The position numbers were made by a program, and so were the translations under genes. DNA of 64,000 nucleotides, taken from NCBI GenBank assembly GCA_028023455.1, contig JAQFVV010000005.1:18042001-18106000 (forward strand), read 5' to 3'. Below the pieces are notes generated by a model. That model ran no database searches. It was not told the DNA's origin and saw only the letters and a program-made list of their open reading frames with translations. Shown here one piece after another: positions 14,331 to 27,440 of the stretch (position 1 is the first letter of the stretch; every line of letters begins with the position of its first letter). The stretch comes from Epiperipatus broadwayi. Taxonomy: Eukaryota; Animalia; Onychophora.

Positions 14331-17300
14331 TTTCTAATAGATAATAATGATAACTAAAAAATATATTCACGTTTTGATAGTTTATATATGGCAAAACCAA
14401 TAAAAAAAAAGAATTTATTATCAACTATTTTTTATTTCATCTTTCAAATTTGACCAACTACTGCAACTGAAAAATTACAAGAAAATGAGAGAAACTGGTA
14501 AGATTTTCAACCCAGTGATTCATCAAAGAGTTTAATAATTCAAGATAACTCACAAAGAAGAGAAGAAAAAATATTAAGATAGAATTTTAAATTAAAAAAC
14601 TTGTGCTATAAATCATAATAACCGACACCGTCTGATGTATCTGGTCATGATCGCATAATTTAATGATTTATGATGAAATTTTGATTTATTGTTGAGTTAA
14701 TAGCTTCTGTAAAATCAATTTTAAAAACAAATAAAAAAAGATAAATATCTATATACCTCGGACGAAGAGTTACAAATAAAAAAAAAAGATTTAAACGTGA
14801 CTTTGCCTTCTTAGAAATCGCACAACAAAGGCTTTCCTCCCGAATGTTTCGACTCATGCTTCTTTATGATTTTGTGGGAATAATCGATTTCTCCTCTCTG
14901 TGCCCTTTCTGTCATATTTTCTCATGCTTTCATATACTATTTTGATTTACTTAAAATAGTGTAAGAGCTGTTGTTATAAGTCGCAGTTAATATTCATCTC
15001 ATTGCACACAGTTTGTTATAATAGCAATGGGGGCCTGTGCATCTCCATTTCTATACTTTTATGTTACACACAATAGCTCTGATTTCTATCTTTTTTTAAT
15101 CTTTGATTTTTCTTTTTTTTTGGAAGTAGAATGGTAATATTAATTTACAAGTGTTTGCTAACAATGATGATGATAATCTAGAAATTATAGGGCTAGACGT
15201 TTAAGAGTTTAATTGTGGTCAGTTAAAATATGCATAGTGTGGCCTACTGAACGATGAGTAGTTTTCTCTCCAAGCTGTTTGCAGAACAATTACTGAATTA
15301 ACACATGTGTTACATAGCAACATAGTTTTAGCTATTCACTACAAAAATGTTTAATGCTAGCATATGGTCAAAGCCATGACATGAATTGTAATAATATATT
15401 TTGTATTTTGACCTACAATGCAATAATACCAAATTTTATTTTAATTAGAGTATAACTGCTATTGAAATATTTAAAATAGTTCAAACTGCATATAGCAGTG
15501 AATCCATGAGTCACAAAAAAATTTCAAATAATTTACAAAATTTTATGATGGCAGAGAGAATATTCGAGATGATCTACAAATATACAAATCATACTAACAC
15601 ACTCCACATTGCGTCTCATAATCAAACCAAGCGAGCATCTTAACATTTTTGTGATGAATAATTAAACTGTCATTATATAATACGTATTGATTCAGAGATG
15701 AAGCTGCAGTCAGCTTGGAGAAGAAAGCAATTATCTTTTTATTAATGCACACTATCTATGTCATTCTAAATAATTAAAAATATTAATTGCTTAAGTTTGG
15801 TTTTAGATAGTTACTTTAATTTCAGGTAGATATTTTGGATAAACACACACACACAGGAAGTTTATTCAAAAGTTATTGACGTTTATAATCAAAGCACAAC
15901 CTGTTATTGGAATAGTGATACCATATCTTAAGGATTATTAAATTATTGACTGCCATTTTACGGGCTTAGTCACTTAAAATTTTAACCAAGTGTATGGTTC
16001 TAGCGCTCAAAAAGTATTTTCATTTGCAAGTTCCATAGGCCACATATTCGAACCTACGACAGCTGAAATGGTTTGCAGTGAGCGCAATGACACCAAGCAC
16101 AAGATAAAGGAGGTTTGCTTTATAGCAGAAAACCCCAACTCCATCAATAGGAGAAATAATTGTTTCTCTATTTCGAAAAAATTGGTGGTCTAAGTGATTT
16201 GCATATATCTCTATTAGACAAGCTAACAACAAACATTATCATTATAAGCTACGAATATGGAAGCATGAAGTTTCCAAAAGCGCTAAGCAAATACAAACTT
16301 TTAATATAGCTTCACGATGTGCGTTTCAAGCGCAATATATAAAATAAGACCTAATGAAAATTTTCCTGAATTTTTAAAAGTTTCTACTCTTTCCAAATTT
16401 GTTTAATTGACCTAAAATTACTTTCCCCCCTAGATAAATATATGAAAAATACTTTATCACGACTAAGTGTTAATAGCTTTTGATGATGATGATGATTATT
16501 TATATTAATAATAACATCATACTACTGACAGAAAAAAATAATCAAATGATACAAACATCAATGATTTAAAAAATTAAATACAATGACAAATGTTGCATAA
16601 TAGATTTAACTTTTTCTCTTCTCCACAACACTACAGCAAATCTTATCCATCCATCTTACAAGTGATAAATATATAACCTCAGAACACTGACTTCTTTTTT
16701 TAGCTATCTCAGCTCACAATTTCTTCATATGCATGGTTATTTTTTTGACAAATTAACAAGTTTTCAACTGTATTTCTTTGATGAATACTTTTATTGTGCT
16801 TTTCTGTATGGTATATTTTATTTTGACATCTCACAATAACCTATTCAATCTTGTTAATATACATGCGTTTTAAAAAATACATTACTGTCATAACTTACAA
16901 GCTCACCTGTAGAACTATACCAGAATGAGCAATGTTAGTTTCTATTTATTAATTCAATTTAACTTTTTGCTTACATCTAAAATAATAAAGCACAAAAAGT
17001 TTTCATATGCATTTACTTATTCTAAATACATTACAGCTATATCTTTACATCTTTGCAATGATAACAATAATATAATAAATACTTGGATGATTATTCATTC
17101 TTGAAGTGATGTAATATCTGAATATCAGAAGTGATAGATTGAATTTTCAGTTCAAGCCCATCACTCTGTGTCAAATTGCAAAGGATAAAATAACACTGAT
17201 ACTATAATATTTCAATACTTAGTTTTTATTTTTACCATTTTAAACCAATTATGTAGACTTCTCCAGATTCTAAGAATGAACAACATCACATCAATTACAT

Positions 17301-17332
17301 ATATTTTATTAAACTTTATATATATATATATA

Positions 17333-17427
17333 TTTCTAAAGACATTCAATATTTAATAATAGATGATGAAAATAGTCCAATATATAAATACAACTAAAAT
17401 ACCATCATCATAAATCTTCAGAAAAAC
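17333..17427 (+). repeat. Family E fragment
   Basis: tttctaaagacattcaa...agatgatgaaaatagtccaatata...caactaaaataccatcatca matches 20231-20290 and 46973-47067. Confidence 0.75.
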
Positions 17428-17469
17428 AATATAACACAGTTCTTTAGATGCATATACTTTAGTGGTAAA

Positions 17470-19150
17470 ATAACTATCAGAATATAAAAGAGTACTGGAT
17501 TATATGAATGCTCTGATCATATAGTATCGTTAGTGCACCAGCAAACTATAAACTTCTAATAAAAAATAAAATGTAGTGAATGGACTTTGAAGATGATACC
17601 TGTGCATCACCCAACTCATCTTGGTGCCTGAAAACAAACCCCTACATCCATATAACTAGTTATTATTCTCTCTAGAAATAATTCAAGATCATAAGGCTCT
17701 ATGAACTTTAACTGTGAACAACAGAAAGTAAAATATAACAGCTTACTCTTTTAAATAATTTTACTGAGATAATTTTAAAATATCTAAACTACTATGCAGT
17801 AATGAAATCAAGTTGCACACATTGCCAATTCATAGAGCAAATAACTGTAGGAATAAAGGCATTAACACTATATTATTTTTAACATGTATTTAATAAACTA
17901 ATTGATGAATAATTAAAAAATTTTTTAAATATAATTCAAACTTATACATTTTATCAAAATCTATAATTTCATATAATAAGTACTGTTAACTAGTGGATTT
18001 TTATTCATGAATTTAATTAACTTTTGTTTTCATTAAGTTACTTCCTTTTAAATAACAAAAGTTGGTAAACAACTTTTTCACAATCAGAGATAAGTTTTAA
18101 ATTAGTCAACAACTCTTTGTATAATTTTGGAGGGAAAATCAAAAAGATTTTCTTTTTGAATCCTTCTTTTATACTTGTAATTTCCAGTTTCCATGCAGGT
18201 TTTCTTCTTGAAGACTTTTCCATTTAAGGATAATGTACACAGTTAATTTATTCATTCTAACATACAATATTTTCAGGTTCCACTCAGAATGAATTTCTCC
18301 ATTTTCTTTCATCTACTTATTTCCAAGTCAGGATAGCATGTAAAGAAGACAGTCATGTTCTTGGGTGAGGACAAAGCTTGTTGCAGATTACTTAAGGGTT
18401 ATTCTCCTCTACAATTTTCTAGTGATCTGGTTACATGGAGATAGATGTTTAGTTTTTAGCTAAACTTAGTACAGTATTTGTCTTCACTTTATAAAACATT
18501 TTTAAACAGTGAACTTCTGCATCTGTTTAATAGTGGAGTTAAAAACCACTGTTACAGCTCTTCTCAATAGTTGAGTCAAGAATAACAGCTACTGTGCTCC
18601 TTAACAGCCGAACCAAGACTCTTCTACTGAGAGATACTGATTTACCCTTTCCCCTATGGTACTTTTTTAGAACAATTCTGTCTCCAAGCAATCTCAATCT
18701 TGTCTCCTACATAATGAAATTAAATATTGACCAATTAGGTCTATTTTAACAAAAAAATGTTCAGAAAACTTTTCCCTCTTTTTTTTATTGCAAAACAAGT
18801 AAAGAAAATCCTCTGTACTTGTTTTTCTCTTATGCCAAAAATAAGTTAATCTTTTAATGACCCTGATTTGATAACCACTGTTTTTTTTGTCTTGGAGAGA
18901 GATAAAGAGAAAAGAAAAAACAACTCTAATCAATTAAAAATAAAAATTTAACAAAAATGTCAAAAATTTATTTATTTATTTCTCTTATAATTTAAATTTA
19001 AAATTGTTAAGTAATTTATTGAAGATAATTTTTTTTTTCTTAGTACATTTTCAAAGTTAAAATTAAAACTGATAGGTAATTAAAATTATTGAAGAGAGAA
19101 TAAAATAAATTATTTATTTGATTTTGCACTTTTTCCCTCTCTTTTAAAAC
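17470..19150. repeat. Degenerate repeat, copy 3 of 3 (most diverged)
   Basis: Colinear similarity to ~1150-3620 and ~8140-9500. Confidence 0.75.
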
Positions 19151-19900
19151 TCTTAACTACATATAATATTCACGTCAGATGATATTTCCAACATGACTCC
19201 TAGCCTAGTTTCTAATTATTAGCTTTCATCAATCAGAAATGCTGAAATACACAATCTATCTAGAAATCACTTTTACTATTTCTATTATGAAATTCAAGCT
19301 AATTTCAAATGCCTTAAAGTTTTGAACACAATATAATCTTTTACATCTAAGTGTTTTAGGGAAAGTATATAGCTGCTGATTTTAATGTCATATTCATATA
19401 GCTCGATAATCAGATGTCTTGGCTTCAAAACCTTATTTTCAAAATTTCAATAAAAATAAAATTAAAAAATATAATGCTCATTATTGGCAAAGTCAGTTCC
19501 ATGGAATGTATTATTTCTATTAATGCAGATATTAAATGTAACAAAGAAAGTCATGATGGTTTATGTTTTTGATTGTTAAGATCACAATATCAATCAAAAT
19601 TATTAAAATAATAAATAAAAACCAGTGAAATATATTTATCATTGATTTAATCAAATAATATTTGTTCAATTCTAAAAAAACATGTAACATTATTATAATA
19701 TTTATGCTCAAAATTCCAAACATCATTGATTAAAGGTTAAAATAAAAACAATATTTTTGAATCATTTGCTTGATGTGTTTTCCTGAATGTTTGTGATGAT
19801 AGTATTTTAGTTGTAATTATATATTGGATTATTTACACCATCTAATATAAGTATTGAATGTCTTAGAAAAATTTAACTTCATTTAAGTATTCCAAATACA

Positions 19901-20141
19901 CCAAAATCACACTTTTCTTTATGTTTGCCGTAATATCATATAAATACAATTTATCCAAACTTCAAACACTTTTTAGCAAACTTTATTTGTACATACACCT
20001 ATGTTTCAACTGACCTGCAGTCTTCTTCAGAGTAAGATTATTCTGATCTTACTCTGAAGAAGACTGCAGATCAGTCGAAACATAGGTGTATGTACAAATA
20101 AAGTTTGCTAAAAAGTGTTTGAAGTTTGGATAAATTGTATT
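19901..20141. mobile_element. Family D fold-back plus tail insertion with HHR-like motifs
   Basis: 13-bp TSD TATTCCAAATACA at 19888-19900 and 20142-20154; ~99-bp arms 19940-20038 and 20046-20144 with 2 mismatches; ~40-nt tail at 19901-19939. Confidence 0.88.
20049..20095 (+). ncRNA. Hammerhead-like motif (family D); mirror copy on the minus strand at ~19990-20035
   Basis: TTACT CTGAAGA A GACTG CAGAT CAGTC GAAA CATA GGTG TATGTA: intact core and a 5-bp stem II; stem I is weak (ACT/GGT). Confidence 0.6.
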
Positions 20142-20439
20142 TATTCCAAATACATTCAATTGTTAAATAATAGCATACCGCTTATTACTTACAGTTGAAT
20201 GTATTTGGAATATTTAAATAAAGTTAAATTTTTCTAAAACATTCAATACTTATATTAGATGATGGAAATAGTCCAATATATAAATACAATTTGCTTGATG
20301 TGATGCATTGTGGCTTCTCCTTTATTGAAGTTAGGAATTTTTCAGCCACAATGCCCAGAGAAATATGGTAGCCACCTTACCTTCCCCTTCTATTTGCCAC
20401 CCTAAGTTTTTCCCATATTGTTTGCTATCCTAATCCATC

Positions 20440-21130
20440 CCATTTCCACTACATAATTTTTGTCAACTCTATGGCCTTTATATCTAAATCCCCCTTATCT
20501 TTCCACAAGCCCAGCATAAAAACCTAAGAACCCACTTTCTGTATAATCACTTTGTTTATATTTATTCTCTCACAACTTCATTATTTGTACCCTTTCTACC
20601 TGCAGTCATTTACATTCAATTAACAGATGCCTAATATTTTCTATACCTTTCTTATATAACTTGCAGATTAATTCACTTATATTTTTTCATTTATGTGTAT
20701 ATTCCCTTGTTGCTAAAGATCCTGTTCGAGCCTTAAACAGTAAACTACTTTTGTTGCCATTATCATAAATTAACTCACACCCAATATTTTGTTTACTTCT
20801 ATATATTTTTAAACTTTTTTTACTCTCCATACTAGTTCTCCATCTCTCCAAGTCCCTAATCTTTAATAATGCATCTATTCTTCCATCCCATTCCTTGCCA
20901 TTATTGCACTTAACAAATCTCCTAAATACAATCATGCCATCTTTTGTATAAGTATAAATTATTTATCCAAATCTTCTGCATATCATATTACCTTTCTCAC
21001 CTATCTTGTTGCCTGCCCTTTACTCGTAAGCCAATTAAATACTATTTTGGCTATTCTCTTATTATCCATAAACTGCAAATTTACCGAACATTTTCACCTA
21101 GTGGTCAAACTATTCCAAGCATCATATTTC
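20440..21130 (-). pseudogene. LINE ORF2 C-terminal fragment (post-RT region with CCHC-type zinc knuckle)
   Basis: ORF 20687-20935 W..SMESKKSLKIY..K..I..E..YDN...S.LLFKARTGSL.T continues in frame past a stop to CKLYKKGIENIRHLLIEC; upstream LQFMDNKRIAKIVFNWL is typical of LINE ORF2 tails. Confidence 0.8.
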
Positions 21131-23752
21131 ATTTAACTAATATTTTATGCAAATTAGTATTTGATGATGATAAGTTGATACAATCAAAATGCATTGGTAA
21201 TGAAAAATATTAAGTATTAAATTTTCTTTATTTTGCTTCATAATTAGTAATTATTTCCCTCTTTCTTTTTAATATCTCCTTGATGCAGCAACAAGTTTTT
21301 AAATCACAAAATATATATAATCTATATTCAACTAAATTTTCTGAGTATTCATACAGAAAAGATAGCCTTTATAATTTAAACGTAGTTTTTACTAATGCTT
21401 AGCTAAAAATCGATTCTCAATAAACAGAAAAGACACAAACATCTGCCTCTCGAAGAAGTGGACTTTTAAATGGATTTGAATACTTTTGAATATTAAAATA
21501 ACAAATTTAAATGTTGTTAAATATTAAAATATTTAACAAATATACTTAAAAGCTTGGAATAGTAAAGAAGTAATAATGCTATGATTATGCACACATGCTA
21601 TTTTATATAACGAAATCATGCTAAGCATAAATAAAAGCGAAGTTTAAATTATAAAGGCTACTTTTTCTATATGAATGCCATGAGCATTTAGTTGAATAAT
21701 ACAATTATCCAGAAAATAGGGGGGTCATTGGTTTATATAGTCTACAATATTTTCCAAACATATAAGCCACCCTTCTCCCCTTAGCTTTGAAAAAAAAATC
21801 TTTTCAAAATAAGACTTACTTAATTTAATTCTTAATAAATAATAAATTAAAGAAGAACTTTCAATCTTAGAGTGTATTATGTAATTCAAATAAATTATTA
21901 AATATTTACAGTTAAACGAAAATTTATTGAGATTAAACATTCTTACACAATATACTATTAATATCATTATTATATAATTATTTCTGTGGATATGATATAA
22001 AAAAAACCCCATAATTTTATTAAGTATCAAAAAATACTTTAGTAAAAAATTGTTACATAATATTGTTTATGTTGCCACTAAAGACTCTCCTGCGCAGAAG
22101 GTTTAAATGCAGATCAAATAAAATACTTTTTAGGAGGCTTAGGGTTTTTATTTCAGTTATTTGGCCCATAACCACTTCAGCTATGTATTTAAAATTTGTT
22201 TTAAAAAAAGGATATCCAACTATTCTTAATCAGAGAGCAAAACAAGGATGAATAGTCCCTCAAAATCTAACCATCTGGAATTTGCAAAAACTGTGAGTGC
22301 TACCTTCTTCTTGCTATTCTAAAAGGCAATGTTGGAAAGAACTTTGCCCTGGAATGGCCTACTTATATATAAAAGTAACTATTTATATAAAACATAGTAA
22401 CTAGAATTGATAAAAATGTAAGAAAATATAACTGTGAAATAGCTGGAAAGTTATAGAAAAGAATGAAAGTCTCAAAAATATATAATATCATTTTATTACA
22501 GGAAGTCATTTCAATAGAAAAGAAAATAATAAAAAGTATATTTTGTTATGTTGACACTGGCAGATGAGATCTTGCTAGAGATATTTTTTCCCTTTACTAT
22601 TGGCTATCAGATAAGATAAAAGAAAGAGAAAAGTCCTAGCTATGTCTGTGAATAAATCCAGTGGCCTGTGTGATTTAGCTGACCTGAGTAATGATAAATA
22701 CATTTTGTTCAGTTAACTAAATGCAATTATTGCTGTGCTTGGTTAAAGGCAATAGTAGGGTGATGAACTCTGGAGCTCAATATCAATGGAATGCATTGTC
22801 AGCTCCATCATTTCCAGTGTTCAAACCATTCAATTACTTTTATTGACACCACTGTGTTCAAATTGTCAAGTGAATGCTTAAATTTCATATGACCTCCTTA
22901 GATAGTAATCGTAAAATTATTACAATAATGGCATATCTGGAATGTTGCTTTTGTGCTGTATTAAAAAAGTGATGACATAATAAATAAATAACCCAGTCAC
23001 TAAACAAAAGTTTATTTCTAATAATACATAGTATTGCACTTTCTCCTAGATAGCAATATCATAGGAGAATGATAATTAAAAACAATCCTTTCATTATTTT
23101 CTTTTAATGTTACCGAGAACTTTACATTATAGTTCAATCATACACAAGAGAGTGGAAGGGGTGACCTCTGAGTGAATTTTTTTATTCATAGAGAAATAAT
23201 TATGAAGATCTATCATCCTTCATGGGAATGTTTGAATGGATGAATAAATAAATAGGCAAATAGATAGATGTATATAGTTAAGTATAGATGGATAGACATC
23301 TAGACTGTCAAGTAAATAGAAATAGGTAGATAATCATCTTTATTGCCCAAATAAACATATACCTAATTCATCTAGTAGTTGGTGTTATTACTCTGTTATG
23401 TAATTATCAATGGACTAATATGACTGTGATCTCTGTTGATAAAACCATGATCTGAAAGGTTATAGAAAAAGTAATTAAAAATGTATAAAGAATTAAGGGT
23501 GATTGTGAAATTTATCCACAGTAGGTAGCTTTACTGGTAGTTGCTTTTGTACCATTTTTTTATCCAGACATCTACTTGTTGGAGAATTAACAAGATTAAG
23601 TTCATGTTTAAAAACTATGTAAGAGAAACTAGATTACATGATCACCATCTCATATTAGCACATAGTAGTGCCACCCTGTGCCAACCAGAGTAAGCAATGG
23701 ATGCCAGAAGGCTTGTGCATAAAATCCATATCTAGTGCCTACTCATCCAATA

Positions 23753-23794
23753 TCCCCAGACTGGTTTCTGGCTTGTGGCCATCATCAGTGAGAA
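23753..23794 (-). ncRNA. Minimal type I hammerhead motif (family A)
   Basis: Reverse complement reads TTCTCA CTGATGA TGGC CACAA GCCA GAAA CCAGTC TGGGGA. Confidence 0.75.
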
Positions 23795-23909
23795 GCCTTG
23801 GATCTGAGAGCACTGCACCTAGATCTTAGGATCCTAAGATCTAGGTGCAGTGCTCTCAGATCCAAGGCTCCTCACTAAGATCTAGGTGCAGAGCTCTCAG
23901 ATCCAAGGC

Positions 23910-23951
23910 TCTTCACTGATGATGGCCACAAGCCAGAAACCAGTCTGGGGA
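23910..23951 (+). ncRNA. Minimal type I hammerhead motif (family A)
   Basis: TCTTCA CTGATGA TGGC CACAA GCCA GAAA CCAGTC TGGGGA; 4-bp stem II TGGC/GCCA; predicted cleavage after 23945. Confidence 0.78.
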
Positions 23952-26900
23952 TATTGGATGAGTAGGCATTAGATAGGGATTTTATGCACAAGCCTTCTGG
24001 CATCCACTGATTACTCTGGTTGGCACAGGGTAGCACTACTGTATGGGGAGTTTTGCCTTTGTTTAGAAACTAGATTACCTGATAAAATCATATTGAAATC
24101 TGAGAAATTTATTCTGCTTTCACATCAGTAAATGCAATATAGCATATAACAGCATAAATTTCATATTTTATTATATTTTGTAATTAAAAACTAATGATCT
24201 TATACCTAAGAAATCTTTTATTCAATATATTACATATTTTTTTAATTTATAAAAAATAATTGAATGATTTATATTGAGAGTTTGCAAAAGTTTAAGCACC
24301 AGAAGGAACAGAGCAGTCTTGATACCTGGACGTTGCCACTCTACCCCTGAATTAAATTATATAAGACATGTATTGTTATGAAAAATTGAATTTGGTTCAA
24401 AAATGAGTCCACAGAATTTATTGTGGACTCATCTTATGTTTACCCTCAATAATGTATTTATTCAAACTATAAAACCCTCCAGATCAGATTGAGAATACAA
24501 TATGGCTGATCAATAAAATGGCAATAAGGTAAACAAACAGTTTAATAATGCAGATAAATCAATCGATTAACTAAGTTATTATTATATTTGATTAAGACTG
24601 TGTAACACTAAGATATAAAAAAACAATAAACTTGCAAGAATATATACATATAAAATTAGTCAGCATAAAAGACATTAAAGTATCACTCTAGAAATAATTA
24701 ATATGCATAATAAGTGAAATTATGCAAATATTACAATATCATAGATATACTAATTTGCAAGAAAAAATAATGAAAATATTTATGCTAATTAGATCATATT
24801 AAATAAAACTATCGAGGGCAATAGAAAAAGAATAGCCAGAGGGAAGTACAGTGCATAATTATGAAGAGGGCAAAATAGTAAGAAGCTGAAGAATAGTACT
24901 GCAATAAGAAAAAATGCAGCACTATAGTTCAACACTATAAAGAATTGTGTGTGCATGATTGAGACCGATTTAATTTATGAAATTCAACTAGCAAATCATT
25001 AGTTGAAATAGTAGCAATTTACTAATATTATATATTCTAAGAAATAAACTTGTTGTTAAGTTCAAATTTTTTTTGCGTATTATTTTAAAATAATTTAATA
25101 ACTGTACAGATGGGTCAAATCTAACCACTGTATATGTCAGTTGATGCAGTCAACAGTTTAAAACTTGTAAGTATCAATTAGCATAATCATATAAATTTGT
25201 ATAATAAGTGCTTGACATTAGCATAATTTTATAAATTTGTATAATAAGTGCTTGACAATGATGACATACAACATAATAATGCAAAACAGTATGATAACCT
25301 CATTTAACTAAAATAACCCAGTGCAATGACAGATGTAGATTAATCATGTCAAATGATACATGATAATAAATAATATTCTGGTTAATAAACTAAAAGTTGC
25401 TACTCTTATATAGATGTTGTGGAAGGATGTGCTTCAAATAACTAACTGTCTGGACCTGAAAATGCCAGAAGATATAAAAATTTAATCTATATTTCAAACC
25501 AACAATTTCAAAATATATAGAAAGATTTTATTCCAAAATATAATGCAGTTACCAAATGAAAAGATATGAGATTATTATATTCTACAGTGAGAATTAACAA
25601 AAGGATGCTAGTTTAAAGACCACTTAAAAAATATGCTTCTAGACCAGCTATTATGGGGCATGTGAGATGTAAAACTTAGACAAGTATCACCAAGTGAGTC
25701 TATACTAACTTATACTGCCACCATTAAAAGATAAATAGCTTACAAAACAATTCTAGAACATGTGAAAGAATTTTAAGATATAGCAGATGAAATTAAAACA
25801 ATCACATATATAAACAGGGCAAAGACAGATGGCTGAGAAGAATACTTAACAGGATGTTTGTATTAGCTATTGTTATGGAGGAAAAGGCCACATAAAGGAA
25901 ATAAGTAAATTTTAGAAAAGTATAATAATTACAAAATGATATGTCATTTGTTGAAAGTTTATAAAAACAGATAGAAAATGACTGTCAGATTTACTTGCCA
26001 ATAGTAGTAAAGTGAGGGTAGGAGTATTGAAGAATGAATGTTTAAAAAAAAAGGAAAGTGAGAATATGTATAATATAATAGATGTCAAAAGTTACAATCA
26101 AATTATCAAAATGGAAGGCATATCACTTACCACTTCAAAGGATTATTTAGCCATTACTTAAGAAATGGGTTAATATTCAAATAAAAAAAAAACAAATTTG
26201 GTGCTACAAGTGTAAATAGGAATCCTATTTATATAAAAGAAATATTGATAGTACCAGTAAAAGTAAACAGACAGATAAAAAATTCACTGTTATATATAGT
26301 ATTTAAGAATCTGAGCTCTATATTGTGATGTAACTGGTTCCAATCTCTGGGAATAATATTGAACATATCAAGAGGGCCAAACTGAAATGTAAATTCCAGA
26401 AGAAATTTCAATATTATGTAAATCAAGTTTAAAGAAACTGAATAGTAAAATTGTAGCAGAAAGATCAAAAAATGATGTAGGATGTCAATTAGTTATTGTG
26501 AATGAAGCAAGGCTGGCTGAAAGTATGATCAAACTATGTAATGCCACAAATTTAGAATGCTCTAAAAAGTTTATGTATAGACAATAAACTCTTATAGACT
26601 GATTGAGTTTTAGTTCCAAATGAGGAGAGAAAATGTGTGCTACAGTTGTGATATATAATGAATACCCTGTAATAATTCCTATGAAACAAATATCTTGTTC
26701 TTATGACTAATGGCTGAACATGAATAATGATATTGAAAAAACTGTAAAGAAAACCATGACCTGAAGCTACAAAAACATAGAAAAGAGTTCATTTAGATCA
26801 TGCAGAGACAATCTCTGGATATATATTTTGGATAGTTATCAATCCATTCTCCAAATGGATGGAATACAGAATGATCAAAAATACCAATGCAGATAATATA

Positions 26901-27036
26901 ATAAAATTACTAAGTGAATTGTTCACAACACATTGGCATCCCAGGATAATAGTTACTGACAATGGTGCAATATTTTGTTCAGTACAGTTGAAGGATTTTC
27001 TATATGAGAAGGGAATACAGTACATTTTAACATCAC

Positions 27037-27440
27037 AGAGGCAAAACTTTTCACACAGTAGTGCCACTCAGTGCAAGCCAGAGTAATCAATGGATGCAGG
27101 AAGGTTTGTGCATAAAATCCCTATCTAGTGCCTTCTTATCCAATATCACCAGACTAGTTTCTAGCTTTGTGGCCTTCATCAGTGAGGAGCCTTGGATCTG
27201 AGATCTCTGCACTGAGACCTTAGGATCTAATGCAACTCTCCAGCAGCCACCTTTTACTTTTTTTTAGCTAACTATAATGCTTTGAGTCCAAAATGAAAAC
27301 ACAATAATGTTTTCAAACTAAGCTCATTAGCTTGTATAGTTATATAGATCTGAACTGAGTAGCACTACTGTATGGAAAATTTTGCCTCTGTGAAAAACAG
27401 TTTGTGTAAGCATAAAGAATGGTGATCATGTAATGCTAGA
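27037..27440. mobile_element. Family A HHR element inserted into the integrase ORF
   Basis: 10-bp TSD TTAACATCAC at 27027-27036 and 27441-27450; long inverted arm carrying the HHR, plus a short sense arm and tail. Confidence 0.95.
27146..27188 (-). ncRNA. Minimal type I hammerhead motif (family A)
   Basis: Reverse complement reads TCCTCA CTGATGA AGGC CACAAA GCTA GAAA CTAGTC TGGTGA. Confidence 0.72.

Larger units (their letters stand above)
19778..20288. mobile_element. Family E fold-back plus tail insertion (contains a nested family D element)
   Basis: 14-bp TSD ATTTGCTTGATGTG at 19764-19777 and 20289-20302; ~19810-19900 is inverted at ~20195-20290; the tail is at the left end. Confidence 0.8.
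23638..24064. mobile_element. Family A HHR element, fold-back form with internal duplication
   Basis: 14-bp TSD AGAAACTAGATTAC at 23624-23637 and 24065-24078; palindrome centre AGATCTTAGGATCCTAAGATCT at ~23821-23842; tail at the left end. Confidence 0.92.

Noticed and set aside
24403-24432. Hairpin ATGAGTCCACA/TGTGGACTCAT resembling an HHR stem II
   Set aside because: There is no CTGA upstream and no GAAA downstream; it is a simple short palindrome.
27027-27036. TSD TTAACATCAC nearly complementary to the element tail GTGATGTTTA
   Set aside because: Only one of nine family A TSDs shows this and the sequence is required by the integrase reading frame; probably coincidence.
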